IMG/VR virus record: IMGVR_UViG_3300008261_004773
Coordinates: 1-64,000 of that record
DNA length: 64,000 nucleotides
Direction: 5' to 3' (one strand)
Source: a virus
The notes beneath the pieces are model-generated. The model did not search any database, was not told the DNA's origin, and worked only from the letters and a program-made list of their open reading frames with translations. The number at the start of each line of letters is the position of its first letter. The first letter of the stretch is position 1. Shown here piece after piece: positions 37,840 through 47,435 of this stretch. Position numbers and translations under genes: made by a program.

Positions 37840-38052
37840 TTACTTCAAAGATAACGTTTTTTCTTCCAAATCAAAATTTTTTTTATTCATTTCTTTGATT
37901 GTTTTTCTTCCAGTTTTCCAATCAAGCCAAGTGTCCATATCACGGAGATCCATGAGGGTTTTCTCATGAACGAGAATGAAACCCTCAGGAGCAACCCCCG
38001 CGAACTTACGAACCTCACCCTCTCTTTCGAGAATCTCTTTGATATTAACCAT
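37840..38052 (-). CDS. Small hypothetical protein
   Basis: Coupled ORF. Confidence 0.55.
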   Translation of the reverse strand: MVNIKEILEREGEVRKFAGVAPEGFILVHEKTLMDLRDMDTWLDWKTGRKTIKEMNKKNFDLEEKTLSLK

Positions 38053-38635
38053 TATTCAAGAATTTTAAAATTTTTTCTTTGATTCCTGTTTGTTTGATTC
38101 CTTCATTAGATTTCTTTGTATGGACGAAATTATCTAAACCCCAATCATAAACAAACTCTAAATCGTTCTCAGTTTGAAACTTACCCATATTCAAATCATC
38201 AACAGCAACCCAAGATGTTATCTCAGGATGATCATTCAAATAGGTTTTAATTTCTAATGATCTTTCTTCTTCTAATTTGGCGTAGTTCCTAAAATTTTTT
38301 TCCCAATTTTTTGGATCAATTTCACTTACTCTTTTTGTAACGCCAATAGGACCTTTGGTAATACCTTGATCCATATAGTACTTCTGAAGTTCTTCCAAAC
38401 TCGCATAGTACCTCCAATCAGAGGAAACAACAATTTCTGCACCAGTCTCCTCTAAAACTTCATTTAGAACCTTTACAGCCTTTTTATTAAAGTTATCGAA
38501 TCTATATTCAAAAGGGATCTCACTTGGAGTCATGGATAACTTTCGTCCTCCCCATTTTTTCTGTTTTTTGTAACGTCCACCCCATTCTGTGGACAAACAG
38601 ATTACACCATCATTATCTAAGAAAATCACTTTCAT
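38045..38635 (-). CDS. HAD_SAK_2 (Swiss Army Knife RNA repair-type) phosphatase
   Basis: FLDNDGV, VVSSDWR, R..EI, VAVDD. Confidence 0.85.
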   Translation of the reverse strand: MKVIFLDNDGVICLSTEWGGRYKKQKKWGGRKLSMTPSEIPFEYRFDNFNKKAVKVLNEVLEETGAEIVVSSDWRYYASLEELQKYYMDQGITKGPIGVTKRVSEIDPKNWEKNFRNYAKLEEERSLEIKTYLNDHPEITSWVAVDDLNMGKFQTENDLEFVYDWGLDNFVHTKKSNEGIKQTGIKEKILKFLNNG

Positions 38636-38711
38636 AAGACAAATGTACGAATATTTATTATAACACCAAAAAGTCTAAAGACATAAACTTTAAACACCCC
38701 TCAGATGGACG

Positions 38712-38936
38712 ATGCAAATAAACAGGGAAACGTGGCAGAAAACACTCCAAGAGAATCTGTCTCAAATATTTTTAATGCTCGCTTTGTTCTTCAATCCATT
38801 TGGATTCGATGCCGTTCAGTATTCCCTAATATTACTGACAGGAAGTTTATGGAAAGCGAACTTCGTTTTGTATTGTATTGCGGGGGTATTTTTTGGGCTT
38901 TATATCTACTTTCGAAGATTATCTAAAGCGCCTTGA
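38712..38936 (+). CDS. Small two-TM membrane protein
   Basis: FFNPFGFD between two hydrophobic helices. Confidence 0.55.
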   Translation: MQINRETWQKTLQENLSQIFLMLALFFNPFGFDAVQYSLILLTGSLWKANFVLYCIAGVFFGLYIYFRRLSKAP

Positions 38937-40407
38937 GTTTTCCTTCTTTGAATAACTCAAAATTGGGACCTTTGGTTAAAAAATAGTCTTTTCCAACCTT
39001 TCTATATCCTAAGATACCTGCGTTCTTAGCTGCGGCGAAGAATGAAGAATGTTGACCTCTTAATTCTCTTGGTTCCATTGTATAGTTACCTCTTTTGTAT
39101 TTGGTTTTTCCATTGTCTGTAATTTTCTCGATGTAACCGATGTCAACTAAAAAGTCTAATTTGGTTCCTATTTTACCTGCCTCCAAGAATTTAACAAGTT
39201 TTGAAATCATCCCTTTGTTTTTTCCGAATGTATATCCATATGTTGGAGTAAAAACGGCTTGATCGCCAATTACTTTTTTCTGTAACTCACGGTTATTCTC
39301 CACTTTATTCATAACACTAGAAAGTATCCACCTCCTCATTGTATCTGTAGTGTTTTCAACAGTATCCAAAACCATAGGTGATTTCAGTTCGAAATTTTCT
39401 AAACCTAAATCTATGTAATCACTATCTTCCGAAGGATCATTACCTTGAAAACCAAGATCAATTTTGAATACATTCCTTTGGAACCTATGATTGAATTCCA
39501 CATCACCATATGAGATCATGATTTGGTAAGAATCTAATACCTTACTCTCATTTAATTTTGATAGATATATTGTTAACTCACCCACAGCGTGATTTGGCAT
39601 ACCCTGTACGTTTTCAAATGCATCGATCCCGATTCCTAACTTTGTACCGGGCATCAAATAGTTTTTTGTTTGATCTAAACGTTGGTAATCGTTGAATACT
39701 TGAAATAACAATTCGTTCTTCTGAGATTCCGTGGATTTCTTTTTGTGTTCGTAGATTGCATCTGTAATATCCGAGAATGCGTATTTGAATACCTCAACTT
39801 CCCTATCCGACATTTTGTTGTCTGCTGTGTCCCACCAAGATTCTTTACCTGAGTTATCAAAGTGTACTGCAACTTTTGTGTAGTTACCTGGCTTTGAACT
39901 TTTCTTGTCGATGATGTAAAATAAAAGTTGACCTCCTGATGTATATCTACCAAAATGTCCCGCACCTTTTGAAGTTGTGCACCACTTTGTTCCTGATCCG
40001 TATTTACATGAAGATTCTTCATTTTTCGGTATTATAACAACGAATTTATCGTCCTCATAAATCTTATCAATTTGTTTTTCTAGTTCTTTTTCTTTTTGTT
40101 TTTGTTTGATAGGGAATAAAGCTGAATCTAATTCTTCAAAACTTTCATATTGATTGATGTCTTTTTTATCAAGTTGGGATTGATACTTATCAAAACTTTT
40201 AATCAAATTAATCCCAATTTCAGCGTCACCTTCAATATGATCAGGATGAACTCCTTTCAGAACAAAATCCGTGTATTTGTGATTGAAATCTTGTAAATCA
40301 GCAATATTCAGAAACCAATCTAAAGTTTTTTCATCAAACTTGTTGGTATATTTTTTCTTTAAATCTTCTTTACGTCCTTCCCCTAATAAAATTGATATGA
40401 ACTTCAT
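38923..40407 (-). CDS. KYGxxTxWCTT family protein (probable virion protein)
   Basis: SSCKYGSGTKWCTT; TATTTAT upstream. Confidence 0.6.
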   Translation of the reverse strand: MKFISILLGEGRKEDLKKKYTNKFDEKTLDWFLNIADLQDFNHKYTDFVLKGVHPDHIEGDAEIGINLIKSFDKYQSQLDKKDINQYESFEELDSALFPIKQKQKEKELEKQIDKIYEDDKFVVIIPKNEESSCKYGSGTKWCTTSKGAGHFGRYTSGGQLLFYIIDKKSSKPGNYTKVAVHFDNSGKESWWDTADNKMSDREVEVFKYAFSDITDAIYEHKKKSTESQKNELLFQVFNDYQRLDQTKNYLMPGTKLGIGIDAFENVQGMPNHAVGELTIYLSKLNESKVLDSYQIMISYGDVEFNHRFQRNVFKIDLGFQGNDPSEDSDYIDLGLENFELKSPMVLDTVENTTDTMRRWILSSVMNKVENNRELQKKVIGDQAVFTPTYGYTFGKNKGMISKLVKFLEAGKIGTKLDFLVDIGYIEKITDNGKTKYKRGNYTMEPRELRGQHSSFFAAAKNAGILGYRKVGKDYFLTKGPNFELFKEGKLKAL

Positions 40408-40453
40408 ATGGTATAAATATACAAAAGGGGAGATCTATGTCTCCCCTTTTTTG

Positions 40454-40525
40454 TAGTCCCGCCAAGAATCGAACTTGGAATTACTGCTTAGAAGGCAGTA
40501 GTTATATCCATTTAACTACAGGACC
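40454..40525 (-). tRNA. tRNA-Arg(TCT)
   Basis: Cloverleaf. Confidence 0.93.
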
Positions 40526-40530
40526 ATGTT

Positions 40531-40881
40531 TTATTTCCAAAATAGTTGGATCAAAAGTATAATAAAACTTAATGATAAACAAATTATTGTTTTAGTTGTC
40601 ATGGGTTCTTTGAGTATAAACCAAGCCATTATGCTAAATACAATAACACCAATACTGAATCCAATAATACGGTTTGGCCAAGTCTGACCATCGTAGAGAC
40701 TAACCATTTCCCTACTTGCCAAAATTACAAAATAACCAACAGGGACACCCATCAAAGTCATTAGGAAGGGGTGTTCTTTGATCCATTTATTCCAAAGGTG
40801 ACCTTGTAATTGATAAAATGTGAAAGCCTGTGAAAACAGGTAGACTGTTAAAATAAAAATAATCGAGTAAATCTTGTTCAT
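40531..40881 (-). CDS. Four-TM DMT/SMR-like membrane protein
   Basis: Four hydrophobic helices; LKEP motif. Confidence 0.55.
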   Translation of the reverse strand: MNKIYSIIFILTVYLFSQAFTFYQLQGHLWNKWIKEHPFLMTLMGVPVGYFVILASREMVSLYDGQTWPNRIIGFSIGVIVFSIMAWFILKEPMTTKTIICLSLSFIILLIQLFWK

Positions 40882-40918
40882 TGTCACAAATATAAAAAAA
40901 AGTTGTGACAAAAAAAAA

Positions 40919-42496
40919 TTACCTAAAAGAGTACAAATTGAAAGCTACGTGATGCCAATATTCCTCAGGTTCGAAATCTTCGATCTTGGCGTTTTTTATA
41001 AATTTTCCTGAACTATCGGAAACCTTGATTTTATTTCTTGCTACATCGGGAAAAGATCCCTGTAAAATTAATTTGGTGTTATCTTTTGTTTTCACAACAT
41101 CAATCCACTCTCCATCACGAGTTCCGTAACGATTGAATTTTCCTTTAGCCCTTAAACTTCCATCAGGGTAATAATACACCCAATCTCCGAGTCTATTATC
41201 ATTTTTACCGTATCTGCCCACAGCAAAAACCTTCCCTGATGGATAGAAAATGGTGATCTTACCATTTACAGTTGCGTTTTGGTAACGAGAGCCTCTCGAA
41301 CCACTACTTATAAATCTCAATTTTCCTTGTTCAGTAAATCCTGATATTTTAAGGTTCTTTTCGGAATAGTCTACTAATCTATGACCTCTCGAGTAGTAAC
41401 TTTTTTCAAACCAAACTCCATCTTTATAACCGTCAGGGCCATAAATTCCTTTAATTTCAAGTTTTCCATCATGATATCTTTCAAATGGCCCCTCCAAGGT
41501 TTCGAGACCTACTAATGAGTGATTACCTTTGACTGAAATTCCACCTTTGGAATCGTACACCACAAAAGGCCCTTTCAGTTTACCTTTTTCATATGTAGAT
41601 ACTCCAATAAGTTTGCCTCGATCATATTGTTTCCAAAGACCATTCTTCCTTCTTCTACTATCTAAATAACCCTTATCCTTAACAGGAATTTCCATATTAC
41701 CAGGAAATGGGTCTTGTGTCATACTATATTGTGGGACTCTTTCACCTACAAATTCATAGAATTTATATTGATCTAAACTCGCTTCATTATCATTCTTATC
41801 CATGAATTGATCGGACTCGAAATGTAATTGGTATGGAGATTTGGGGTCATCCAAGTTGAAGAGTAAAAAGTAATTCGAACCTTTAGGATCTGTAAGGTAA
41901 CTTTTGAAATATTTGTAATTACCAATAGTACATATGTCAATCTTAGCACCTCTATTTCTACCTTTACACCTACCTAATATATCTCTGTAAATTTTCCATG
42001 TGTCTTGGTCGTAACCGAACACTTGAAAAACCTGATATTTGTATTTTTTATCTTGATACATACCAAGGTATTTCATACCTCCTGTAGATTCTAATTTTTC
42101 TATTTCGTTTTGTGTGACGTAGTTGTCCAGTCCTTGAATTTCATCGTAAACGATATCAGATTCTCTCACCGAAATTGCATCTTTAAGAAAATTTTTTACG
42201 TCCTCTGAAGTCTTATACAGGTGAATATCTTTGTGTTGGAATTTGTTTTTGTTTTTTTCGAAAAGCTCAAAGTATTCTTTGTATTTGTAGATATCCTCGG
42301 GCTTAATCATTCCCGTACCCACTTTCTTTGTCAACCAACTTAATAGGTAAAATTTATTACCCGTAACCTCCACAATTTTATTGAAGTCGTCCTCAGAAAC
42401 AGGTTTGTCTTCACCAACATATTTGTTTTTCAAATTGACGGTGTTCTGATCTAACTGTTCTTTAAGAAGTTTCCAAATTAAACTGCGTAATTCCAT
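40919..42496 (-). CDS. MORN-variant repeat protein
   Basis: Repeated G.W..Y...G.....G.Y units; YQLHFESDQFMD. Confidence 0.7.
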   Translation of the reverse strand: MELRSLIWKLLKEQLDQNTVNLKNKYVGEDKPVSEDDFNKIVEVTGNKFYLLSWLTKKVGTGMIKPEDIYKYKEYFELFEKNKNKFQHKDIHLYKTSEDVKNFLKDAISVRESDIVYDEIQGLDNYVTQNEIEKLESTGGMKYLGMYQDKKYKYQVFQVFGYDQDTWKIYRDILGRCKGRNRGAKIDICTIGNYKYFKSYLTDPKGSNYFLLFNLDDPKSPYQLHFESDQFMDKNDNEASLDQYKFYEFVGERVPQYSMTQDPFPGNMEIPVKDKGYLDSRRRKNGLWKQYDRGKLIGVSTYEKGKLKGPFVVYDSKGGISVKGNHSLVGLETLEGPFERYHDGKLEIKGIYGPDGYKDGVWFEKSYYSRGHRLVDYSEKNLKISGFTEQGKLRFISSGSRGSRYQNATVNGKITIFYPSGKVFAVGRYGKNDNRLGDWVYYYPDGSLRAKGKFNRYGTRDGEWIDVVKTKDNTKLILQGSFPDVARNKIKVSDSSGKFIKNAKIEDFEPEEYWHHVAFNLYSFR

Positions 42497-42555
42497 TCCT
42501 ATAAATACCACTTACCCAAAATAAAAAACCCCATCCGAAGACGGGGTTAATTAAA

Positions 42556-42894
42556 TTAAAGTGATCTGAGAACGTAGGAGAGTAGTGATAACACACCAAC
42601 CAAAATTGGCATGTAAGTTTTTGCTCCCCCCATAAGTGCGAGATGTAAAACAACCGCAGCACTCATAAATGAAGTAACCAATACCATTCCGTAAAGGGAC
42701 GTTACTGGAATACAAAGTAAGATAACACCCAAAAGTTCTCCAACCCCTGTTAGTAATCTATACTTTTCTAACTTCATAAATGCGAAGTTTCCGACCATTT
42801 CTTGAGTTCCGATGATTTTTTCTACAGCACCTTTACCTAACATAACGGCTACAACTGCAGTTAAAACCCATCCGAGAATTGCTAAAATTGTCAT
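42556..42894 (-). CDS. DoxX-like membrane protein
   Basis: Four TMs; K, GEL.G, A...H. Confidence 0.75.
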   Translation of the reverse strand: MTILAILGWVLTAVVAVMLGKGAVEKIIGTQEMVGNFAFMKLEKYRLLTGVGELLGVILLCIPVTSLYGMVLVTSFMSAAVVLHLALMGGAKTYMPILVGVLSLLSYVLRSL

Positions 42895-42992
42895 ATAATT
42901 TATTTTGAAATTAAAGAATAGTTAAACAACATGACATTGTCAAATAAAAAACCCCCACCGTAGTGAGGGTTTTATATTCTATGATGTTTAGA

Positions 42993-45900
42993 TTACTTAC
43001 CAAAAGTATATCTGATACCTAACTGTGCAGACCATACATCAAATACTGATGAATTGAATTGATATGTGTCTTTGATCAAGTAAGTACCGCTTGCATCTCT
43101 TTGAGTTGCCAATCTATACGTTGGAATGTTACTAGCATCTCTGCTAACGAAGTTTAACAACTGAGGGTTTGTAGCTCTTTGAGATACACCCCATTTGTTG
43201 TTTACCATGTTTCCAAAGTTTAAAATGTCAGCTCTAATTTGGAAAGAATTTCTTTTTCCACCGATTTTAACAAATACATCCTGAGCTATTGAAAGATCGA
43301 ATCTATGTAGGAAAGGAAGATCAAGTGCGTTTCTTTCAGCGTACTGTCCTCTTCTTGTTGATAGATATGGATCTTGAGATATGAAAGCTTCGAATGATGC
43401 TTGTTGTTCAGCTTCAGTGTAAACTCTTGTTCCTACTGTAAGTGGTGCAAAACGAATGTCAGATCCTTTGTTTGGTACAAATACCAAATCATTGTTATTT
43501 ACTCTGTCACCGTTCAAATCACCAGCTACAATGTAAGAGAATGGATTGTTCTGTGAACCAACATAACCAAGAGTGATTGTTGTTGCTCCACCATATTTTT
43601 TACCGTAGTCAATTCTGTAACCTAACAAACCTACGATTCTATTTCTAACAACAAAGTCAGAAATTGATAGTCCTAAGTTATTGTTACCGTTTACAGATAC
43701 TGCTGACTGCCAGCTACCACTCGCGATTGAACCCGCACTCATGAAATCTTCAGCCATAGCGTTTGTGTAAGCTACGTAACCCCAAAGACCTTTTGATACA
43801 GGTTTTTCTAATTTGAATGTTGCTGAACGATTGTAAGCACCATTTCTGTTTGTTAGAACTGCTGCCATTGATACGTTATCATTTACTCTTACACCATTAT
43901 CATTTCCTGCGAAAAGGTCTCTAGTATCAACACCACCTAACTTACCAACTGGTTTATCTAAGTTAGCGTTGTAATAATGAACCGCATTGATGGTTTTGTT
44001 GTAGAGTAATTCAGCACTCAAAATTAAACCAAGCCAAGGTAGTTTCTGATCAATAGCGATGTTGTTTTTCCAAACTTGTGGAAATTTATAATTCTGATTA
44101 GTGAATGCTAAATCAAACGTAGAAGGTAAAGTTGGTGTTGATGGGATGAAGTATTGATTAGGATTTGCAGTGAAACCATATTGTGCCGCTGCCGCTCCTG
44201 ATACATCGATAAATCCTGTTAACACACCGTTGTTACCAACTTGGTTAGAAAGGAACACGTATGGTGGTCTACCTGTGAATACACCTGTACCACCACGGAT
44301 TTGTGTTTTTTTCTGACCTTTGAGGTCGTAGTTGAATCCGAAACGAGGTTCTATTAAGAACTGTGTTTTTGGAAGAACACTTGTATTGAATCCTTCACCA
44401 TTTGCGAAGATCATTGAAGACACCGCTTTATTTTCTAAAGCTGTGTTACCTAAATCAATAACATTTGCTCTGATACCAAAAGTCAACTTCAGTTCTTTGG
44501 TTGCGTTGAATTCATCTTGAACGTAAAGATCCAAACGATTAGCTTCCAAAACCTGCATTGGTTCTACCGCTCCAGGAAGTGCAGAATAACGTAATTGGAA
44601 TCTTGCCGGTGCGAATGTTGAAGGTCTACCACCGTTAGCAATTGATTGTCTTGCTGCGGTATAGAAGTCGTTCAGACTGTTGAAGATGTAAACTCCGTTA
44701 GAAGCTGGGAAGAATAAGTTATTTGATTGATAACTTTGATAGTTGAAACCACCAACCAAAGTATGTTTGTTCAAATACTTTGTCAAGTTATTTGTTACGT
44801 TGAACGTCCAATAGTTCAATTTGTTACCAGGTGTGAAAGGGTCGAAACCTACTGAAGTGTAAGTTGCGGAACCTTCTCTGATATCAATAGTTGGGAACAT
44901 TTGACTCAAATATGCTCTATCCTCAATTTGCTTATCGTAAGAAACGATTAAGTTATTGTGAAGTGTGTTAGAGATTTTAGAGTTAAGTTCCAAAACCGCA
45001 GAACGAGTATTGTCCTGAATAATGTAACCACTATTTTTGAAACTCATTGCGTTGAACTGAGTAGTTCTGTTTCCTGCTCCCGCTGACTGAGAGTTTGAAA
45101 TGTTAATCTCAGCAGAAGAATTGTGATTCACATAACGAGCGGTTAACTTGTTATTCTTGTTGATGTTCCAATCCACACGAATCAAGAATTTTCTTGAATC
45201 GTTAGTGTTAGAATACCCTTCCCAAGGACCTGTGACATAACCCAAACTATCTTTCATAAAGTTTGATAGTCTTTGCATGTCAGCAAATTTAACTCTACTG
45301 ATTTGTGTACCTGTTAAAGGAGATCCTTCTGAAATCCAAGTCGTACCTGGTTCAGTTCTTACGATACTCTCATAGTTACCAAAAATGAATAATTTGTTTT
45401 TGATAATTGGAGCACCTAATCTGAAACCTTGTACCTTTTCATCAAATTTAGCCGCAGTTACTGTCGTACCCCTTGCATTGTTACCAACATAAGTAGATGA
45501 GTTGTTTCTCTGTGTTTGATACACACTTCCTTCAACCTCATTCGTACCTGAACGAGTAACAGCATTGATACCTGCACCAACGAAACCACTTTGACGAATA
45601 TCGAAAGGTGCCACGTTAACCTGAAGTTGGTCAATTGCATCCAATGATATTGCTGAAGCACCAGTTCTACCACCCGCTTGAGCTGAAGAACCCAAACCAA
45701 AGTTGTTGTTGAACTGTGATCCGTCAATAGTGAAGTTGTTTAAACGTGAGTCTTGAGCTCCAAAAGAGTTTCCGTTACCGAATGGGTTGTACTTTGTGAT
45801 ACCATCGATAGTTCTTGCTCCCGCGATCGGAATAGAAGTAAGTTCTCTACGTCCGAATTGTTGAGCAGCTCCGGTTTTGTCTTTCGAAAAAACGTTACTC

Positions 45901-46268
45901 TTTGTTCCCACGACTGTAACCTCACTGAGTTGTTTAGAGTCGGAAAGTAGAACTACGTCCACATTACTTGTCGAGCCCAACAATGTCTGAATGTCTGTGA
46001 TCTCAGCCATTTTGTAACCAACGTAACTAACGTGGATAATGTAAGGTCCACCTACACGAACTGCTGGAATGGTATACAAACCAGATTTTGTTGAGCTTGT
46101 TCGATACTCAGAACCTGAAGGTTGGTGTACTGCGTGTACAGTGGCACCTGCTAAAGTTTCTCCTTTTTCATTTTTCACAACACCTGACAGGGTAGAAGTT
46201 GTAATCTGCCCGAAAGATGTCAATGCCACCATAAAGGATAAAAGGGACATCAAGATTGCTTTTTTCAT
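42993..46268 (-). CDS. TonB-dependent receptor (Oar-like, N-terminal carboxypeptidase regulatory-like domain)
   Basis: Signal peptide, plug (NAVTRSGTN), beta-barrel, ends GIRYTF. Confidence 0.92.
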   Translation of the reverse strand: MKKAILMSLLSFMVALTSFGQITTSTLSGVVKNEKGETLAGATVHAVHQPSGSEYRTSSTKSGLYTIPAVRVGGPYIIHVSYVGYKMAEITDIQTLLGSTSNVDVVLLSDSKQLSEVTVVGTKSNVFSKDKTGAAQQFGRRELTSIPIAGARTIDGITKYNPFGNGNSFGAQDSRLNNFTIDGSQFNNNFGLGSSAQAGGRTGASAISLDAIDQLQVNVAPFDIRQSGFVGAGINAVTRSGTNEVEGSVYQTQRNNSSTYVGNNARGTTVTAAKFDEKVQGFRLGAPIIKNKLFIFGNYESIVRTEPGTTWISEGSPLTGTQISRVKFADMQRLSNFMKDSLGYVTGPWEGYSNTNDSRKFLIRVDWNINKNNKLTARYVNHNSSAEINISNSQSAGAGNRTTQFNAMSFKNSGYIIQDNTRSAVLELNSKISNTLHNNLIVSYDKQIEDRAYLSQMFPTIDIREGSATYTSVGFDPFTPGNKLNYWTFNVTNNLTKYLNKHTLVGGFNYQSYQSNNLFFPASNGVYIFNSLNDFYTAARQSIANGGRPSTFAPARFQLRYSALPGAVEPMQVLEANRLDLYVQDEFNATKELKLTFGIRANVIDLGNTALENKAVSSMIFANGEGFNTSVLPKTQFLIEPRFGFNYDLKGQKKTQIRGGTGVFTGRPPYVFLSNQVGNNGVLTGFIDVSGAAAAQYGFTANPNQYFIPSTPTLPSTFDLAFTNQNYKFPQVWKNNIAIDQKLPWLGLILSAELLYNKTINAVHYYNANLDKPVGKLGGVDTRDLFAGNDNGVRVNDNVSMAAVLTNRNGAYNRSATFKLEKPVSKGLWGYVAYTNAMAEDFMSAGSIASGSWQSAVSVNGNNNLGLSISDFVVRNRIVGLLGYRIDYGKKYGGATTITLGYVGSQNNPFSYIVAGDLNGDRVNNNDLVFVPNKGSDIRFAPLTVGTRVYTEAEQQASFEAFISQDPYLSTRRGQYAERNALDLPFLHRFDLSIAQDVFVKIGGKRNSFQIRADILNFGNMVNNKWGVSQRATNPQLLNFVSRDASNIPTYRLATQRDASGTYLIKDTYQFNSSVFDVWSAQLGIRYTFGK

Positions 46269-46486
46269 TTTGCTTTCTGTTTATTGGTTTATAAATAAAA
46301 AATCCCGCGACTGTTACGTCAACGGGATTTGTTTAATTTCTATGTGTTTTTCGGTAATAATTAAGTTCCACAAAATTGTTTTTAAGGATTATCCTTGTTT
46401 CAATAAGTATAGGGCACAGTTTCCAAGTTGTCAAACTTCATGTTAAGAAAATGTAAACACGGAGATATCCAACTGATTTTCAGTAA

Positions 46487-46669
46487 TTAATTTTTTAAAG
46501 AATTAATAAGATTTTTGTCTTCGTTCGAGAGATTCTGAAACCACTCAGGACTCAGATCATTATAACTTTTTTTGTTGTCGAAATCGGGATTCCCTTTTTC
46601 GTCACATGGATACACGTAGTCCTTATCTACGTAGATGCATACGGATGCTAATTTTAATATTTCTTTCAT
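46487..46669 (-). CDS. Small hypothetical protein
   Basis: 60-aa ORF. Confidence 0.5.
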   Translation of the reverse strand: MKEILKLASVCIYVDKDYVYPCDEKGNPDFDNKKSYNDLSPEWFQNLSNEDKNLINSLKN

Positions 46670-46685
46670 AGTTCAGGATCGTTTG

Positions 46686-46759
46686 TACTCCGTAGGGGAT
46701 TCGAACCCCTGATTTTCTCCGTGAAAGGGAGACGACTTGAGCCACTGGTCTAACGGAGC
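46686..46759 (-). tRNA. tRNA-Glu(TTC)
   Basis: Cloverleaf. Confidence 0.93.
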
Positions 46760-46771
46760 GGTAAAAAAAAA

Positions 46772-46956
46772 ACAGGCTTTTCGTGACCTTTTACACATCA
46801 TGACCAACATATTCCTACATTGGTGGTTACATTTTCGTCGTTGGTTAATTACTCCTGACTTATAGTAAACACTACCCTCACCGCTCTGATACCGCGAATC
46901 AAGACGGCGTCTTTGGGATTCATATACCGAGGGGTTCCACCTCAGTCTTCACCTGT
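46772..46956 (-). ncRNA. Unassigned 185-nt structured RNA abutting the tmRNA 3' end
   Basis: ACAGG/CCTGT closure, several hairpins, U tract. Confidence 0.55.
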
Positions 46957-46957
46957 C

Positions 46958-47352
46958 TGGTGGAGATGACGGGAGTCGAACCCGTGTCTTGTTCACGAAC
47001 ACTATAAATGACTACACGTTTAGTACAACGTTGTTTCTCAACGTTACGAAATATTAGGTTAGATATATGTGGGAAACCAACCTACAAACAACCTGGTCTC
47101 AGAATTATTTTAAACGAGCTCTGACCTGTCACCCGTATATTGGACTTCTGTTCCTAGGTTAACGTCCTAATCGACCCGATATGTTGTTCTCTACGATTAC
47201 GCAGCAACAACGCTTTCTTCACGGATAAGACCGATAGCAGAAAGTTTTGCGAAAGTTTCGCCGTTTGTGTTTCAAATCAGTTTTTAAGGAGTTAATTCAG
47301 CTCCTACGTGCCATCTATAATATCACATGCCAATCAATGCCGTGACATCCCC
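46958..47352 (-). ncRNA. ssrA: tmRNA; tag GETFAKLSAIGLIREESVVAA (47197..47262)
   Basis: GGGGATG 5' end; GGGTTCGACTCCCGTCATCTCCACCA 3' end; tag ends AA-stop. Confidence 0.93.
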
Positions 47353-47435
47353 ATGATTTCAAATAACTTTTTCAAAGGTAAGAATAAATAGTTTCTAATC
47401 CAAACGAATTTTATATTTATATTAAAATCATTGTT

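Noticed and set aside
38705-38926. Overlapping alternative-frame ORF
   Set aside because: The 38712 frame gives a coherent two-TM protein; no support for dual coding
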